NCBI RefSeq assembly: GCF_006345805.1
Contig: NC_043010.1
Location: 25,420,001 to 25,484,000 of the forward strand
Length of the DNA: 64,000 nucleotides
Reading direction: 5' to 3'
Source: Octopus sinensis
Taxonomy: Eukaryota
Shown: positions 38,405 to 50,236 of the stretch, in pieces
How positions within the stretch are numbered: position 1 is the stretch's first letter
Layout: the number at the start of each line of letters is the position of its first letter
Notes under the pieces: generated by a model
The model's database searches: none
What the model was told of the DNA's origin: nothing
What the model saw: only the letters and a program-made list of their open reading frames with translations
Position numbers and translations under genes: made by a program

Positions 38405-38623
38405 GAAGGCGGCAATCTGACAGAAACGTTATCACACCGGTCGAAATGCTCCGCGATATTTCATCTGTCTTTACATTCTGAGTTCAAATTCTGCTGAGGT
38501 TGACTTTGTCTTTCATCCTTTCAGGGTCAGTAAATTAAGTACCAGTTGTGTACAAGGGTCAATCTAATTGACTGGCACCCTTCTCCAAAATTTTGGGCCT
38601 TATGCCTGGAGTAGAAAAGAATA
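38405..38623 (+). mobile_element. SINE-A with 12-bp TSD inside an older ~300-bp tandem duplication (38006-38845)
   Basis: TSD TATGATGTTTAG at 38393-38404 and 38624-38635. Confidence 0.85.
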
Positions 38624-39270
38624 TATGATGTTTAGTCTGATAGTCTGCCATCTTTATGTTTGTACCACTTCACTGTCTTTGGAGTCTAGCACAATATTGA
38701 TTTGATTTCTCACATTGGCTCAAGGCCATAAATGTTGTTTAATGTCAGATTAGCCAAGGTGCCACACAATGCGATGGAACCCTAAACCCCAGAGTTACTT
38801 AGTGAACTTCCTTGCCATTCAGCCATACCTGCACTTCAAATGTCGATGCTGATTTCTGACTCTGACACAAGATAATAAGTTTGTGGGGCAAGGCTTGGTT
38901 AGTTCCATTGACCCAGTGTATGGCTCATCCTTCCTGTTTCTTTTCATCTTATCGACCTTGTGTAAAATGAAAGACAGAATTGGCATTGGTGAAATTTGAA
39001 TGGAGAACATAAAGTGATGCAATGAAATACTGTAGTGATTCTACCAATCTATTATTGCCCTAATCTAAATATTGATTGCAACAAGCCTGCCACATTTCCT
39101 AGCCCCCACCAGTCCTAACTTCCTAACTTGCACATATACATATGCAGATAGATGGTCATGTGTGTATATGTATACCTATATATGTATGTATGGGTTTGCA
39201 TATATATATATATGTATAGATATATGTATTTATGTATATTTATATATGTTTATTTATATATGTATATGTT

Positions 39271-39303
<33 letters not shown>

Positions 39304-39326
39304 ACATGTGTATTTATATATATGTA

Positions 39327-39878
39327 CGAGCAAAACGCCCCCCTCCCGTCCAATGGACAGTGCTGAGTTGTCAAACGTTTAAACCAAATTTTCTCAAAAC
39401 AACTTGTCTGATCGTCCCATAGGCCTCCCCTTTGAGAAACACTGATTTAACCTAAATTTGAGACACCAGCAAAAGGTGAAATAAAGATAGACTTTTTTTC
39501 TATTCTAAATAAAACGATTTTATTCACTCAAATATGCAACCGAAGAGTTTAAAGTACCAGTAATGATAAGGCTGTTGACTGGGAGAACACAAACATGATT
39601 TAAATAGTAAGCTTGGCACAAAAGAAATGTGCTTTTAAGCAGTACAAAAACAACAAAAAATGGAAGGTGCAGTTATGTAAAGGTTGACGGAAGAAAAGCA
39701 GGACAAAAACGGCTTTATTGATTGCATTCTCACCTGGAATCAATTTTTGTAATTTTTTCAAGACTTATACATGCCCTGACACTGTCGGTATCTACATATC
39801 AAATTTGAGTGCAATCGGATGGAGGTTGCCTGAGATCTAAGAAGACACAGGCAGACAGAACGGATTTTATATAAGAGA
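39327..39878 (-). mobile_element. Non-autonomous Helitron-like element (A|TC...CTCG|T)
   Basis: Minus strand starts TCTCTTATATAAAATCCGTTCTGTCTGCC and ends gggaggggggcgttttgCTCG|T. Confidence 0.55.
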
Positions 39879-40703
39879 TATGTATATAGATTAGAGAAGA
39901 ACCACCATGTAGCAATTCAACAATGATATAATTACAATATATAAAAAAATTAAATATACTATAAAACATATACCTATATTTAAGTAAAGTACAAAATAAT
40001 AAATAAATAGTATATAATGGCTATATTTAAACTGATAACAGTAAAATCAATTCAATTTAAATATAGTCACTCTTCAGGTCCAAGATAAAAACAATAAAAT
40101 AATTAAATAAATAAATATACACATATTATCTTGTAAGAAAATATAAATATATATAAAAATACGTAATTTTTCAATAAAAATCGAACAAAATTCAATAATA
40201 TATCTTATAATAAAAACACGAAATATCTTAACATATCTTCTGTTAACTAAATCTTTAAACTTAATACATAGGACTTACGTTTAAAATTCAGTTAAAATAT
40301 TTTCTTCAATAAGATAAGTAACGTATTTCACCACTACTTTATTATTTCCCCTTCTTCCTAGCTCTCCTGTGTGACCTTTCTGTCCGGCATTCGCCATGAT
40401 AGATCGCTAGCCACTACACATTCTTTATTTTCTCCCCTTGTTTCTTTCTGTGTTCCTTTTTGTGGAAGAGTGTAGGCTCGAAACGTTAAAGACTTTTTTA
40501 CATCCCGAGTGTTAAACTAATACATCTGTTTGTTGTCTAAACCACCTGTCTTTGTCTTTTGTTTTTTGTTTTTTTTTTGTGAATTCTCCCTATAAATATA
40601 TATAACTTTGATAATAATAATAATAGAGGCAGATATGAAAGTATGCAGATATAGATTTTTATATAAACAATATTCTAATGCTAATATATACAGTTCTGTA
40701 TGT

Positions 40704-40759
<56 letters not shown>

Positions 40760-43140
40760 TTTATGTAAACACAGATATGTACATGTATATCTGCTATGTA
40801 TTTAGATATAGCAAACCTGATAATTAATTTTCCCATCTTTAAACACTGACTTTTGTGTAATGAAGTAGTGGTATGTAATATTTTTCTGGGTTCTCACAGA
40901 CACTCTCCAGCTAACTGGACATCTCCCAATTAGCTTTTCCTCTATCAGTTTTAGTTATGTTTTATTGATTGTTGGCCTGTTAAACAACTGAGATCATTAT
41001 CTTTTTTATTCAGTGTATTACTCTTGCATATGTACTGATGCATGCCTGCTTATTTATACTCATGTTTATGTGAGAACACACTTGCATGCTTACACATATC
41101 TCTGTTCAATAACCTTCTTGTTCTTTTATGGATGTTCCCTCTAGCTAGTAACATGCAGTTGTTATCGAACTGAAAACATTGACCATTCTAAACTTGCCAA
41201 GCTGTTCATATTTTCCAAAAATCTGTCTGTCCATTCATTGACCCTCATCAGCTGAGCAAACAACTTTTTATTTTTTTATGTGTGTATGTGTTTCTCTGTT
41301 TGGCAAAAGCCCCAATTGTTACACTTTTCATTCCAGCCAGCAATTGAATTTAGCATCATTCTACAAGTTCTACTTTTTATTAACGCTTGCTATAATCCTC
41401 ATTGATTTCTTTGGAATTAGATTTCACCCTGTTCCTTTACTGGTTTCCATCAACTGTACTGTAGTTATGATGGGGTACCACCCTGAAGGCTGTAGTCCAT
41501 GTAAATAATAGCCATTATTTGTAGGTTGACATCAGCATAGGAATTTGAACATGCAAAAAGCATAAAGGTTCATTAAATGAGGTAATGTGTGTGTGTGTGT
41601 TTATTTTTTTTGGGGTGGGGGTGAATATCTGTAGGGTCCTGAGATGGGAGTGGGAGATAAATCAAATTTAAAATTAGCTTTAACTCTTTTGTGACTATAT
41701 TTCTAATGAGATACACTACCTGTGTGTTCCAATTGATTTTGGTAATTTAAAAAATATTCAAGAATTTGGAAGCATTTAGTAAAATCATATATATATATAT
41801 AAACATATATATATATATATATATATATATCTTTTATCTTTTGCTTGTTTCAGTCATTTGACTGTGGCCATGCTGGATCACCGCCTTTAGTCGAGTAAAT
41901 CGACCCCAGAACTTATTTTTTGTAAGCCTAGTACTTATTCTATTGGTCTCTTTTGCAAAACCGCTAAGTTACGGGGACGTAAACACACCGCCATCGGTTG
42001 TCAAGCAATGTTGGGGGGGGGGGCAAACACAGACACACAAACATATACACACATACATATATATACACATATATACAACAGGCTTCTTTCAGTTTCTGTC
42101 TACCAAATCCACTCACAAGTCTTTGGTTGGCCCGAGGCTATAGTAGAAGACACTTGCCCAATGTGCCACACAGTGGGAATGAACCCAGAACCATGTGGTT
42201 GGTAAGCAAGCTACTTACCACACAGCCACTCCTGTGCCTCATTTAACGGCCATGTTTTAGGTTAACATTATGGATCTCTAAGGATTTATGTATATAAATC
42301 TGGAGGGATTTTGTCAGTTTTACTCTTAATATTTATTTCCACGTGTATATCTTTTCCAGCTTAACCCTTTGAATACTAACCCACCTCTGTAATCTGGTTC
42401 TTTGATACAAAACCTCTTTTAAAGCCATCAAAAGTAATTAAGACCTTCCACCATTGTTTTATCTAAGAGCCTAAGTGCAGACATGGCTGTGTGGTAATAA
42501 GCTTGCTTCCCAACCACATGGTGCCGAGTTCCTCCCACTGTTTTGTACTTTGGGCAAGTGTCTTCTACTATGACCTCGAGTCAACCAAAGCTTTGTGAGT
42601 GGATCTGGTAAACTGAAAGAAGCCCATTGTATATATACATGAGTGTGTGTGTGTGTGTGTTTCACTACTGCTTAACAACTGGTGTTTCTGTGTTTACATC
42701 CCTGTGACTTAACAGTTTGGCAAAAGAAACCAATAGAATAAGTACCAGCTCAAAAACTAGGTAATAGAGTAAGTACTTGGTGGTGGTGGTGGGTGTCAAT
42801 TAAAATTTCAAGGTGGTACTCCAGCATGGCTGCAAACTGAAACGAATAAAAGAAACCTTTTGCTATATTCCAAACACCAGGTTAATAGTCCAATCAAGTG
42901 AAGGAACCACTTCTACAGCAGCACTTCTCAAATGCTTTTTAGTTATTACCTTTTTCCTTTCACTAACACTTTTGCCTCCTTCCTTTTACTAACACTTTTT
43001 CAAAATCGCCCTGCTATGAGTCAACAAAATTAAATACACCACAAAATTTGTTACCAACAGTGTGATCACCATTAAAAGACTATCCGCACATAAGTCACAT
43101 CGTTAATGTATAATATGGGATGTCAAAACAACATTTCTAT

Positions 43141-43600
43141 TACTCATATTCATCATCATCATCATCATTGTTTAGCATCCGCTTTCCATGCTAGCATGGG
43201 TTGGACGGGTCAACTGGGGTCTGTGAAGCTGGAAGGCTTCGTCAGGCCCAGTCAGATCTGGCAGTGTTTCTACGGCTGGATGCCCTTCCTAACGCCAACC
43301 ACTCCACGAGTGTAGTGGGTGTTTTTTACGTGCCACCTGCACAGGTGCCAGACAGAGCTGGCGAACGGCCACGAACGGACGGTGCTTTTACGTGTCACCG
43401 GCACGGGGGCCAGCCGAGGCTGGAAACGGACACGGACGGATGGTGCTTTTACGTGCCACCGACACGGGGCCAGACAGAGCTGGCAAACGGCCACGAACGG
43501 ATGGTGCTTTTACGTGCCACCGACACGGGGCCAGACAGAGCTGGCAAACGGCCACGAACGGACGGTGCTTTTACGTGTCACCGGCACGGGGCCAGGCGAG
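43141..43600 (-). mobile_element. RTE 3'UTR-only insertion with about five hairpin-repeat units
   Basis: Same 3'UTR and (GAT)n tail as 4741-5200. Shorter copies at about 8793-9015, 13040-13260, 13430-13655, 14200-14420, 14860-15050, 32510-32760 and 53200-53375. Confidence 0.85.
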
Positions 43601-44889
43601 AGGAAATGATGTGTGTGTCACATCATTTTCATTGCCATGTTACAGACCAGCTAAATGCCATTCTGAGCAAAGACAATCTCTCTCAGGAAACCGGTACAGA
43701 CCTAGTATCACTAGATCCTGCTTCTCAAACTTTTTTAATTATTACCTCCTAACGTTTTTTCAACACCATGCTTCGATTCAATAAAATTGAATACACAACA
43801 AAGAATTGCTGCCAACTTGATCACCACTAAAAAAATTCCACTGGTACAGAAGTTATTTAATCAATATACCATATTTTCCAGCACACAAGTTGACATAGCA
43901 CATGGTGTAAACATGTAGTGTAAACATTCAAAGATTATCTTTTCAAATCTGGCAGCATTTCACTTGGAATTTTTGGTCCTTCAAAGTTATTTTGATGTAT
44001 ATGTTGACCTACCTTCTTTTGGCTGTGAATTTTGGTCTGAAAAATTCAATTTGTATGCTGTAAAATATGGTATTACAGAATATCCAAACAAGATTTTGGG
44101 AACTAAATATAACCATATGATTAGCATACAGATTGAAGAGACTGAAGAATATTTTTGAAAATTAGGGCAGTTAAAAGTAGTTATTTGCTGCTCCTTCCCT
44201 CACTGTTCACTTTGTTTCCAGCTCACATACAAAATCTCTCCCCCACCCCCAGGTGGTGGCAGTAATGCCCACTTTGAGAAGCTTTACTTGACATGATCTC
44301 TTCTGCTGCTAGAACTAGCAGACAGATACTCTCCATTTCACACCTAACTGTTTTTCAAAAACAAGGACACAATGGTAATGTTATCCTGGCACATGAAAAA
44401 GATATGATGGTCATGACTGGAATGTCCTTGATCATAAGTCTTGTTTACTTAATCAAGGCTGACCTGTAACTACTTATTGAAAAAGTTATTCCTGATTCCA
44501 AATTCTTGAATATTTTCATGATTAATTGGAGCATACAAGCCATGTATTTCATTGGAAGGATAATGTTCCTTTATTCTTTTCAAATGTTTTATTTATTTCT
44601 CGTTCCTCAAATTCTGGACTCATACATTTTACGTCCCTTTTTTCAGTATTTCTGTGGCTGAAATGTTTTTTGAAAGCATAGTTGTGCAGTTGAGAAATCT
44701 TACTGTGTGGCACCTTGGGCAATTGTCATCTACTATAACCCAGGCCAACCAATGCCTTGTGAGTGAGTTTGGAAGATGGAGACTGTGTGGAATCCTATCA
44801 TGTGTGTGTGTGTATGCATGTCTTTTTCTTAGACTCCACAGTGCTTGACAGCTGGTGTTCATTTCAGTTCTATATTTAAGAGGTGAGGA

Positions 44890-45660
44890 ATTATGTACAT
44901 TATTTACATTTGATGGATATTTGTCCTCATCTTGTTTGTTACTAACACAACATTTTGGCTGATTATACCCTCCAGTCTTCATCAGGTGTCTTAGGGAAAT
45001 TTAAAACCTGGGTTCTCATTCCTAAGGTATTTTTCGATGTTATTATTATTAATATTATTATTCAGGTCACTGCTTGGAATCAAACTCAGAATTTTGTGGT
45101 TAGTAGCCCGTACTCTTAACCCCTATGCCATATGCCACTCTTAACTACAACGCCATATGCCACCCCCTCAAAATAAGGGTAGATGAACATTGCATAGCTG
45201 TGACACGAGGAGATATTGATAAATCGGGTATAGCTGATCACGTATGGAAAAATGGCGACCACCTCCCCCTGTGGGATGAAGTTAAAATAATAGGCAGAGA
45301 ATACCACAGGAAAATAAGAAAACTAAAAGAAGCAGCACATATGATAGAACACAACAACCTCCTAAGCAGACCAAGTCCAGATATGAGTAGCATATGGGAA
45401 CCAGTATTAAGGAAGGATAGGAAAATATTAGATTTATAGGCCCTAAAATTCACTCCATTATTGCCCATGAGCATATGGCATAGTGGTTAAAAGTGCAGGC
45501 TACTAACCCTAAGATTCCAAGTACAGTTCCAGGCAGTGACCTGAATAATAATAATAACACCCAGATTTGAAATTTCCCCAAGACACCTCATATAAGTCCA
45601 AACGTTGTGTTAATAACAAACAAGATGAGGACGAATATCCGTCAAATGTAAATAATGTAA
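44890..45660 (+). mobile_element. 5'-truncated Penelope-like element: GIY-YIG C-terminal fragment flanked by inverted pseudo-LTR copies
   Basis: ORF 45125-45439 RVDEH...KSGIADHVW...H.PLWDEVKII..E...RKLKEAAHM...SSIWEPVL. The 3' region 45469-45660 is repeated inverted at 44890-45135. Confidence 0.8.
44945..44989 (-). ncRNA. Minimal hammerhead motif in a Penelope-like pseudo-LTR (two CpG-type lesions)
   Basis: Minus strand reads acac-CTGATGA-a-gactg..cagcc-AAAA-TG-T-T-gtgt. The expected GAAACG has decayed to AAAATG. Confidence 0.6.
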
Positions 45661-46615
45661 ATTATGGTGTTCATTTGTGTATGTCCTTGTAACTTAGAAG
45701 TTTAGAAGTTCAGTTTAAAAGTAAAGCTTCTCAAAGTGGGCATTACTGCCACCACCTGGGGGTGGGGGAGGGATTTTGTATGTGAGCTGAAGACAAAGGG
45801 AATATTGAGTGAAGGAGCAGCAAATACCATCTTTTAACTGCCCTAATTTTCAAAAATATTCTTCAGTCTCTTCAGTCTGTATGCCAATCATGTGGTTATA
45901 TTTAGTTCCCAAAATCTTGTTTAGATATTCTGTAATACCATATTTTACAGCATAGAAATACAATTTTTCAGACCAAAGAAGACTGATAGGATAAGTACCA
46001 AACTTAAAAAGAAATAAAATTTGTTTGACTAAAACCGTTCAAGGTGATGCTCCAGCATGGCTGCAGTTCAATGACTGAAGCAAATAGAAGAATTAAAAGA
46101 ATATTCATGTAATATCTTTTATCATTGGATGCCTGTCTCCCCACCAGCTGTGAAATAGGAAGTGCATTCTGGTTTCATTAGTCAGTTCAAACTGAATGAA
46201 AGTATGCAAGTAGAGACAGTTGCATCTGCTTCATTCAGGAGCACAACCAGCACAATCACATGTTAAGATTATAACTTTTCATCTGGTTGTTAATTTTACC
46301 CTACACACTGGTACAGCATGACTGTGTGGTTAAGGAGTTCATATCCCATCCACATGGTTTTGAGTTCCGTCCCACTGCATGGCATTTTAGGCAAGAGTTT
46401 TCTACTAAAGCTCTGTGCTGACCAAAGCCTTGTGAATAAATTTAGTAGACAACCACTGAAAGATCTTCGTCATATATATATATATATATATATATTTAGC
46501 AATTAAGGACAACTACTTAATAAGGAAAACTTAACAAGAAATTGTCAGGTAGATAGCGTGAAAACCTCATAAGAGAAAAAATTTCGAAAATAATTATTTC
46601 TTATTGAACATATTA

Positions 46616-46989
46616 ATTTATATATAGAGGGCATTATACATACATGCCAGATGGCATTATACATACATGCCACACGCTAAGAGGGACAATTAGTCATTTC
46701 TACCAAAAATATTACTAATCCCACCGAATGCAATTTTTCAAAGTAAGACATTTAAAAAATATAGACCTGTATCACCGTGATTTCATACTTACGTATGAAT
46801 ACGTATGAATACGTAAGTATGAAATCACGGTGATACAGGTCTATATTTTTTAAATGTCTTACTTTGAAAAATTGCATTCGGTGGGATTAGTAATATTTTT
46901 GGTAGAAATGACTAATTGTCCCTCTTAGCGTGTGGCATGTATGTATAATGCCATCTGGCATGTATGTATAATGCCCTCTATATATAAAT
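46616..46989. repeat. Perfect palindrome, 181-bp arms, 12-nt spacer
   Basis: 46616-46796 is the reverse complement of 46809-46989; no mismatch found on manual comparison. Confidence 0.95.
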
Positions 46990-47163
46990 ATATATATATA
47001 TATAGGTGCTGGAGTGGCTGTGTAGTAAGAAGCTTACTTACCAACCACATCATTCTGGGTTTAGTCCCATTGTGTGGCACCTTGGGCAAATGTCTTCTAC
47101 TATAGCCTCGAGCTGACTAAAGCCTTGTGAGTGGATTTGGTAGATGGAAACTGAAAGAAGCCC

Positions 47164-47213
<50 letters not shown>

Positions 47214-47456
47214 ATATATGTATATATGTGTGTGTGTATGTGTTTGTGTGTCTGTGTTGGTCCTCCCACCATCGCTTGACAACTGGTGTTGGTGTGTTTA
47301 CATCCTCATAACTTAGCAGTTCAGCAAAAGAGACCAATAATATAAGTACTAGGCTTACAAAGAATAAGTCCTGAGGTTGATTTGCTCAACTAAAGGTAGT
47401 GCTCCAGCATGACTGCATTTTGCACATGTACATGATTTGTTTTTGATTTTGTTAAC

Positions 47457-48076
47457 TACACAGTATAGTAGGGTCAGTTGGGTATCACCTGAGAGAAACA
47501 GCACTGTGATGCAATTCACTCTGCCAGAAATTTGGAAACAACATGCTGTACTGCTTGGCATTTGCACTAGGGTCTCCAGTATGAACATTTCAGAGTGTTT
47601 GGGTATCAATCTGAGGCCATGTACTGAGAGTAGTAAAAATCAAACATCCAGTCAACATCATGGTGTTTGGAGTCGTCACTAGTGATGGTGACATCATGTC
47701 TCCATTCATCTTCCCACACAACCTTGGACTCAACATGGAGGCCTAGATCAAGTGCCTGAAGTAGTATTATGTGTAGGGTGCAGTTGAGTGAGAGACCAAA
47801 AAAAACCTCCTTATAACACCAAAGATGAACTGAAGGCAAGGATTATGGCAGCATTCACCAACTTAAATAAAGAGCCTGTCCAGAAGAGTTGCAGAAGATT
47901 CCAAAGTTATCTGAAAGCCACGGTTGAAACCAATGGTGATTTTATTGAATAAACTTACTCTTTAGTATTTCAAGATATTTTTATGTAATTTTGGTAAATA
48001 TATCTGTAAAAATGAAATGTCAGTGTTATTTTCATTTTTGTGTAATTTAGATGACAATATATTCACCGCACTCTGT
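47457..48076 (+). mobile_element. Internally deleted Tc1/mariner-superfamily (DD37D/maT-like) transposon
   Basis: KHPVNIMVFGVVTSDGDIMSPFIFP and TKDELKARIMAAFTNL...CRRFQSYLKATVETNGDFIE*; end ttcaccgcactctgt with a decayed inverted counterpart at 47457. Confidence 0.75.
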
Positions 48077-49755
48077 GTGTGTATTTATATATATATATAT
48101 GCCCATATGTGTGTGTGTGTGTTTGCCTCCTTGCCTCAGCATCACCTGAAAGGTATAAATGAGTGTCACTATCATTCAAGCAATGTCATTCATTTCCAGT
48201 TTCCCATGAAAATATGTCTGCGAACAGCTGAGGATCAATAATAGGAAGGGCATCCAGTCATAGAAAGTCTACCCAACTTAGACAAGCATGGAAATGTGAA
48301 TGTTAGACTGATGATGATGGTGGTGGTGGCGGTGGTGACGATGATGATCCTTCCTCGGCAAGTTGACTTCTTGTGGGAAAGGTTATTAGCCTGAAAAAGA
48401 AGGCCACTGTGGTGTTTTGTACTCTGTTACAAAACAAAAATAACAACTCGTTAGGCATGGCTATAGGTTCAGGTGTGGCATTGTTCCGGGTTCAGTCCCT
48501 CTGCATGACACCTTGGACAAGTGTCTTCTATAGCCTCAGACAGACCAAAGCCTTGTGAGTGAATTTGGTAGACGGAAACTGAAAGAAGCCTGTCATATAC
48601 ATGTGTGTGTGTATGTTTGCATGTCTATGTTTCTCCCCCCCAACAATTGCTAGACAACTGATGCTGGTGTGTTTACGTCCCCGTAACTTACCAGTACAGC
48701 AAAAGAGACTGATAGAATAAGTACTAGACTTACAAAGAATAAGTTCTAGGGTTGATTCGTTTGACTAAAGGTGGTGCTCCAGCATGGCCTCAGTCAAATG
48801 ACTGAAACAAATAAAAGAACAAAAAATAGATATTAGTGAATAAAAAAAGTGTAATTATATTAACAACTCATCTTCAACATTTAATACCTTTTAAGATTTG
48901 AACTTATGAACTTGTGGTTAGTAGTCCAGTGCCTCAACCTTCTCATCCATCATTTTACATTGTCATAATTTGTTGTGTTTTTTCTTGACATTTCCCATTT
49001 TTTCTATATTTTTTAAAACTTCAGTAGTTTCTTTTTTTAAACAGCTCATAAGATTTTTCTTTTAACTCTTATTGTTTATTATGTTTTTTAAACTTTTATT
49101 TTTTTAAACTCTTCCCCTCCTACTATTTCCTATTTACATATAAAGCTCATGTTGTTTTGCGTTCCCCATCAGTTGCAACCAATTTCTCAAACATGAGTAT
49201 GTAAAACTCTGCTGTTTTTCATTTATTTCCCTCCTGTCAACTTTACCCCAAGAAGGACTGTCTGAAACGCCCTCCATAGCAATTTCACGATAATCTTTCT
49301 GTTGCTTTTTCCAAATGATACAAATCTTGCCAATGTAGACTGCTCTTGGTTTCCATGGATTTTATTTTATCTATTTTACTGGTATAATATATTATTGAAC
49401 ATATCTATAGATTTGCCCTTCCTCTTGCTGACCTTCATTTGTTTCCATGCAAGAGTATACACACACACAATATAATATAATATAATATAATATAATATAA
49501 TATACATAGGAATGTAATATTGTATAATATATATATTCCAGCATGGAAAACAGACGTTAAATGATGATGATGATACATATATATATATATTATATATATA
49601 TATATATTATATATATATATATTTATATTTATTTATTTATTTATTTACACCAGAGTAAGCACATGAATGTGAAACAAGCTGGAAAAAAATAGTACTTGAA
49701 TACCAGAGGTAGAGTAATATGCTTTATTAATAAAGCTGCAAAGACATCACAAAAA

Positions 49756-49793
49756 CTGTTACTCAGAGTTTCACATTCCCGTTTGTCAGACAG
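49756..49793 (-). ncRNA. Minimal type I hammerhead motif (G8>A CpG lesion)
   Basis: Minus strand reads ctgt-CTGACAA-acg-ggaa-tgt-GAAA-CTC-T-GAG-T-A-acag. An inverted partial copy lies at 49801-49832. Confidence 0.65.
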
Positions 49794-50089
49794 TTTTCCC
49801 GACAAACAGGAACATGAAACTCTGAGTAACAGTTTTTGTGATGTCTTTGTTAATAAAGTATATATATATAAACTAATATATAAATAATATATATTGAGAT
49901 TAATAATTATGTGTGTGTGTGTGTGTGTGGTGTGTGTGTGTGTTTATGTGTATATATGATGTCTCTATAGACATAATATTTACATTAGTTTTCTCTTATG
50001 ATATTGGCTACAACAATATGGATATGTTGTGTAGTACTTTTTATAGCAATGAAATGAAACCCTAGTAATTCATTTTTTTCTGTTTGCAG

Positions 50090-50236
50090 GGTCCTCTTGT
50101 TCCCTCCATTCAACAGTTATTATCGCCTGTTAATACACAAAACTGTCGAAGCTGATTTTGACCAGCTCCACAGTTTCTCAATTGGCTCCGATAATCAACG
50201 TCGTACTGTTGTTTGTCGTTCAGACGCCATGCTGCA
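50090..50236 (+). CDS. R3HCC1: R3HCC1-family exon encoding the R3H domain core
   Basis: Acceptor ttttctgtttgcag|G and donor CA|gtaagt. Reads RVLLFPPFNSYYRLLIHKTVEADFDQLHSFSIGSDNQRRTVVCRSDAML, with the R-x3-H signature (RLLIH) and clear similarity to R3HCC1 VLLFPPLSSRLRYLIH...SFSVGEGWKRRTVIC. Confidence 0.93.
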
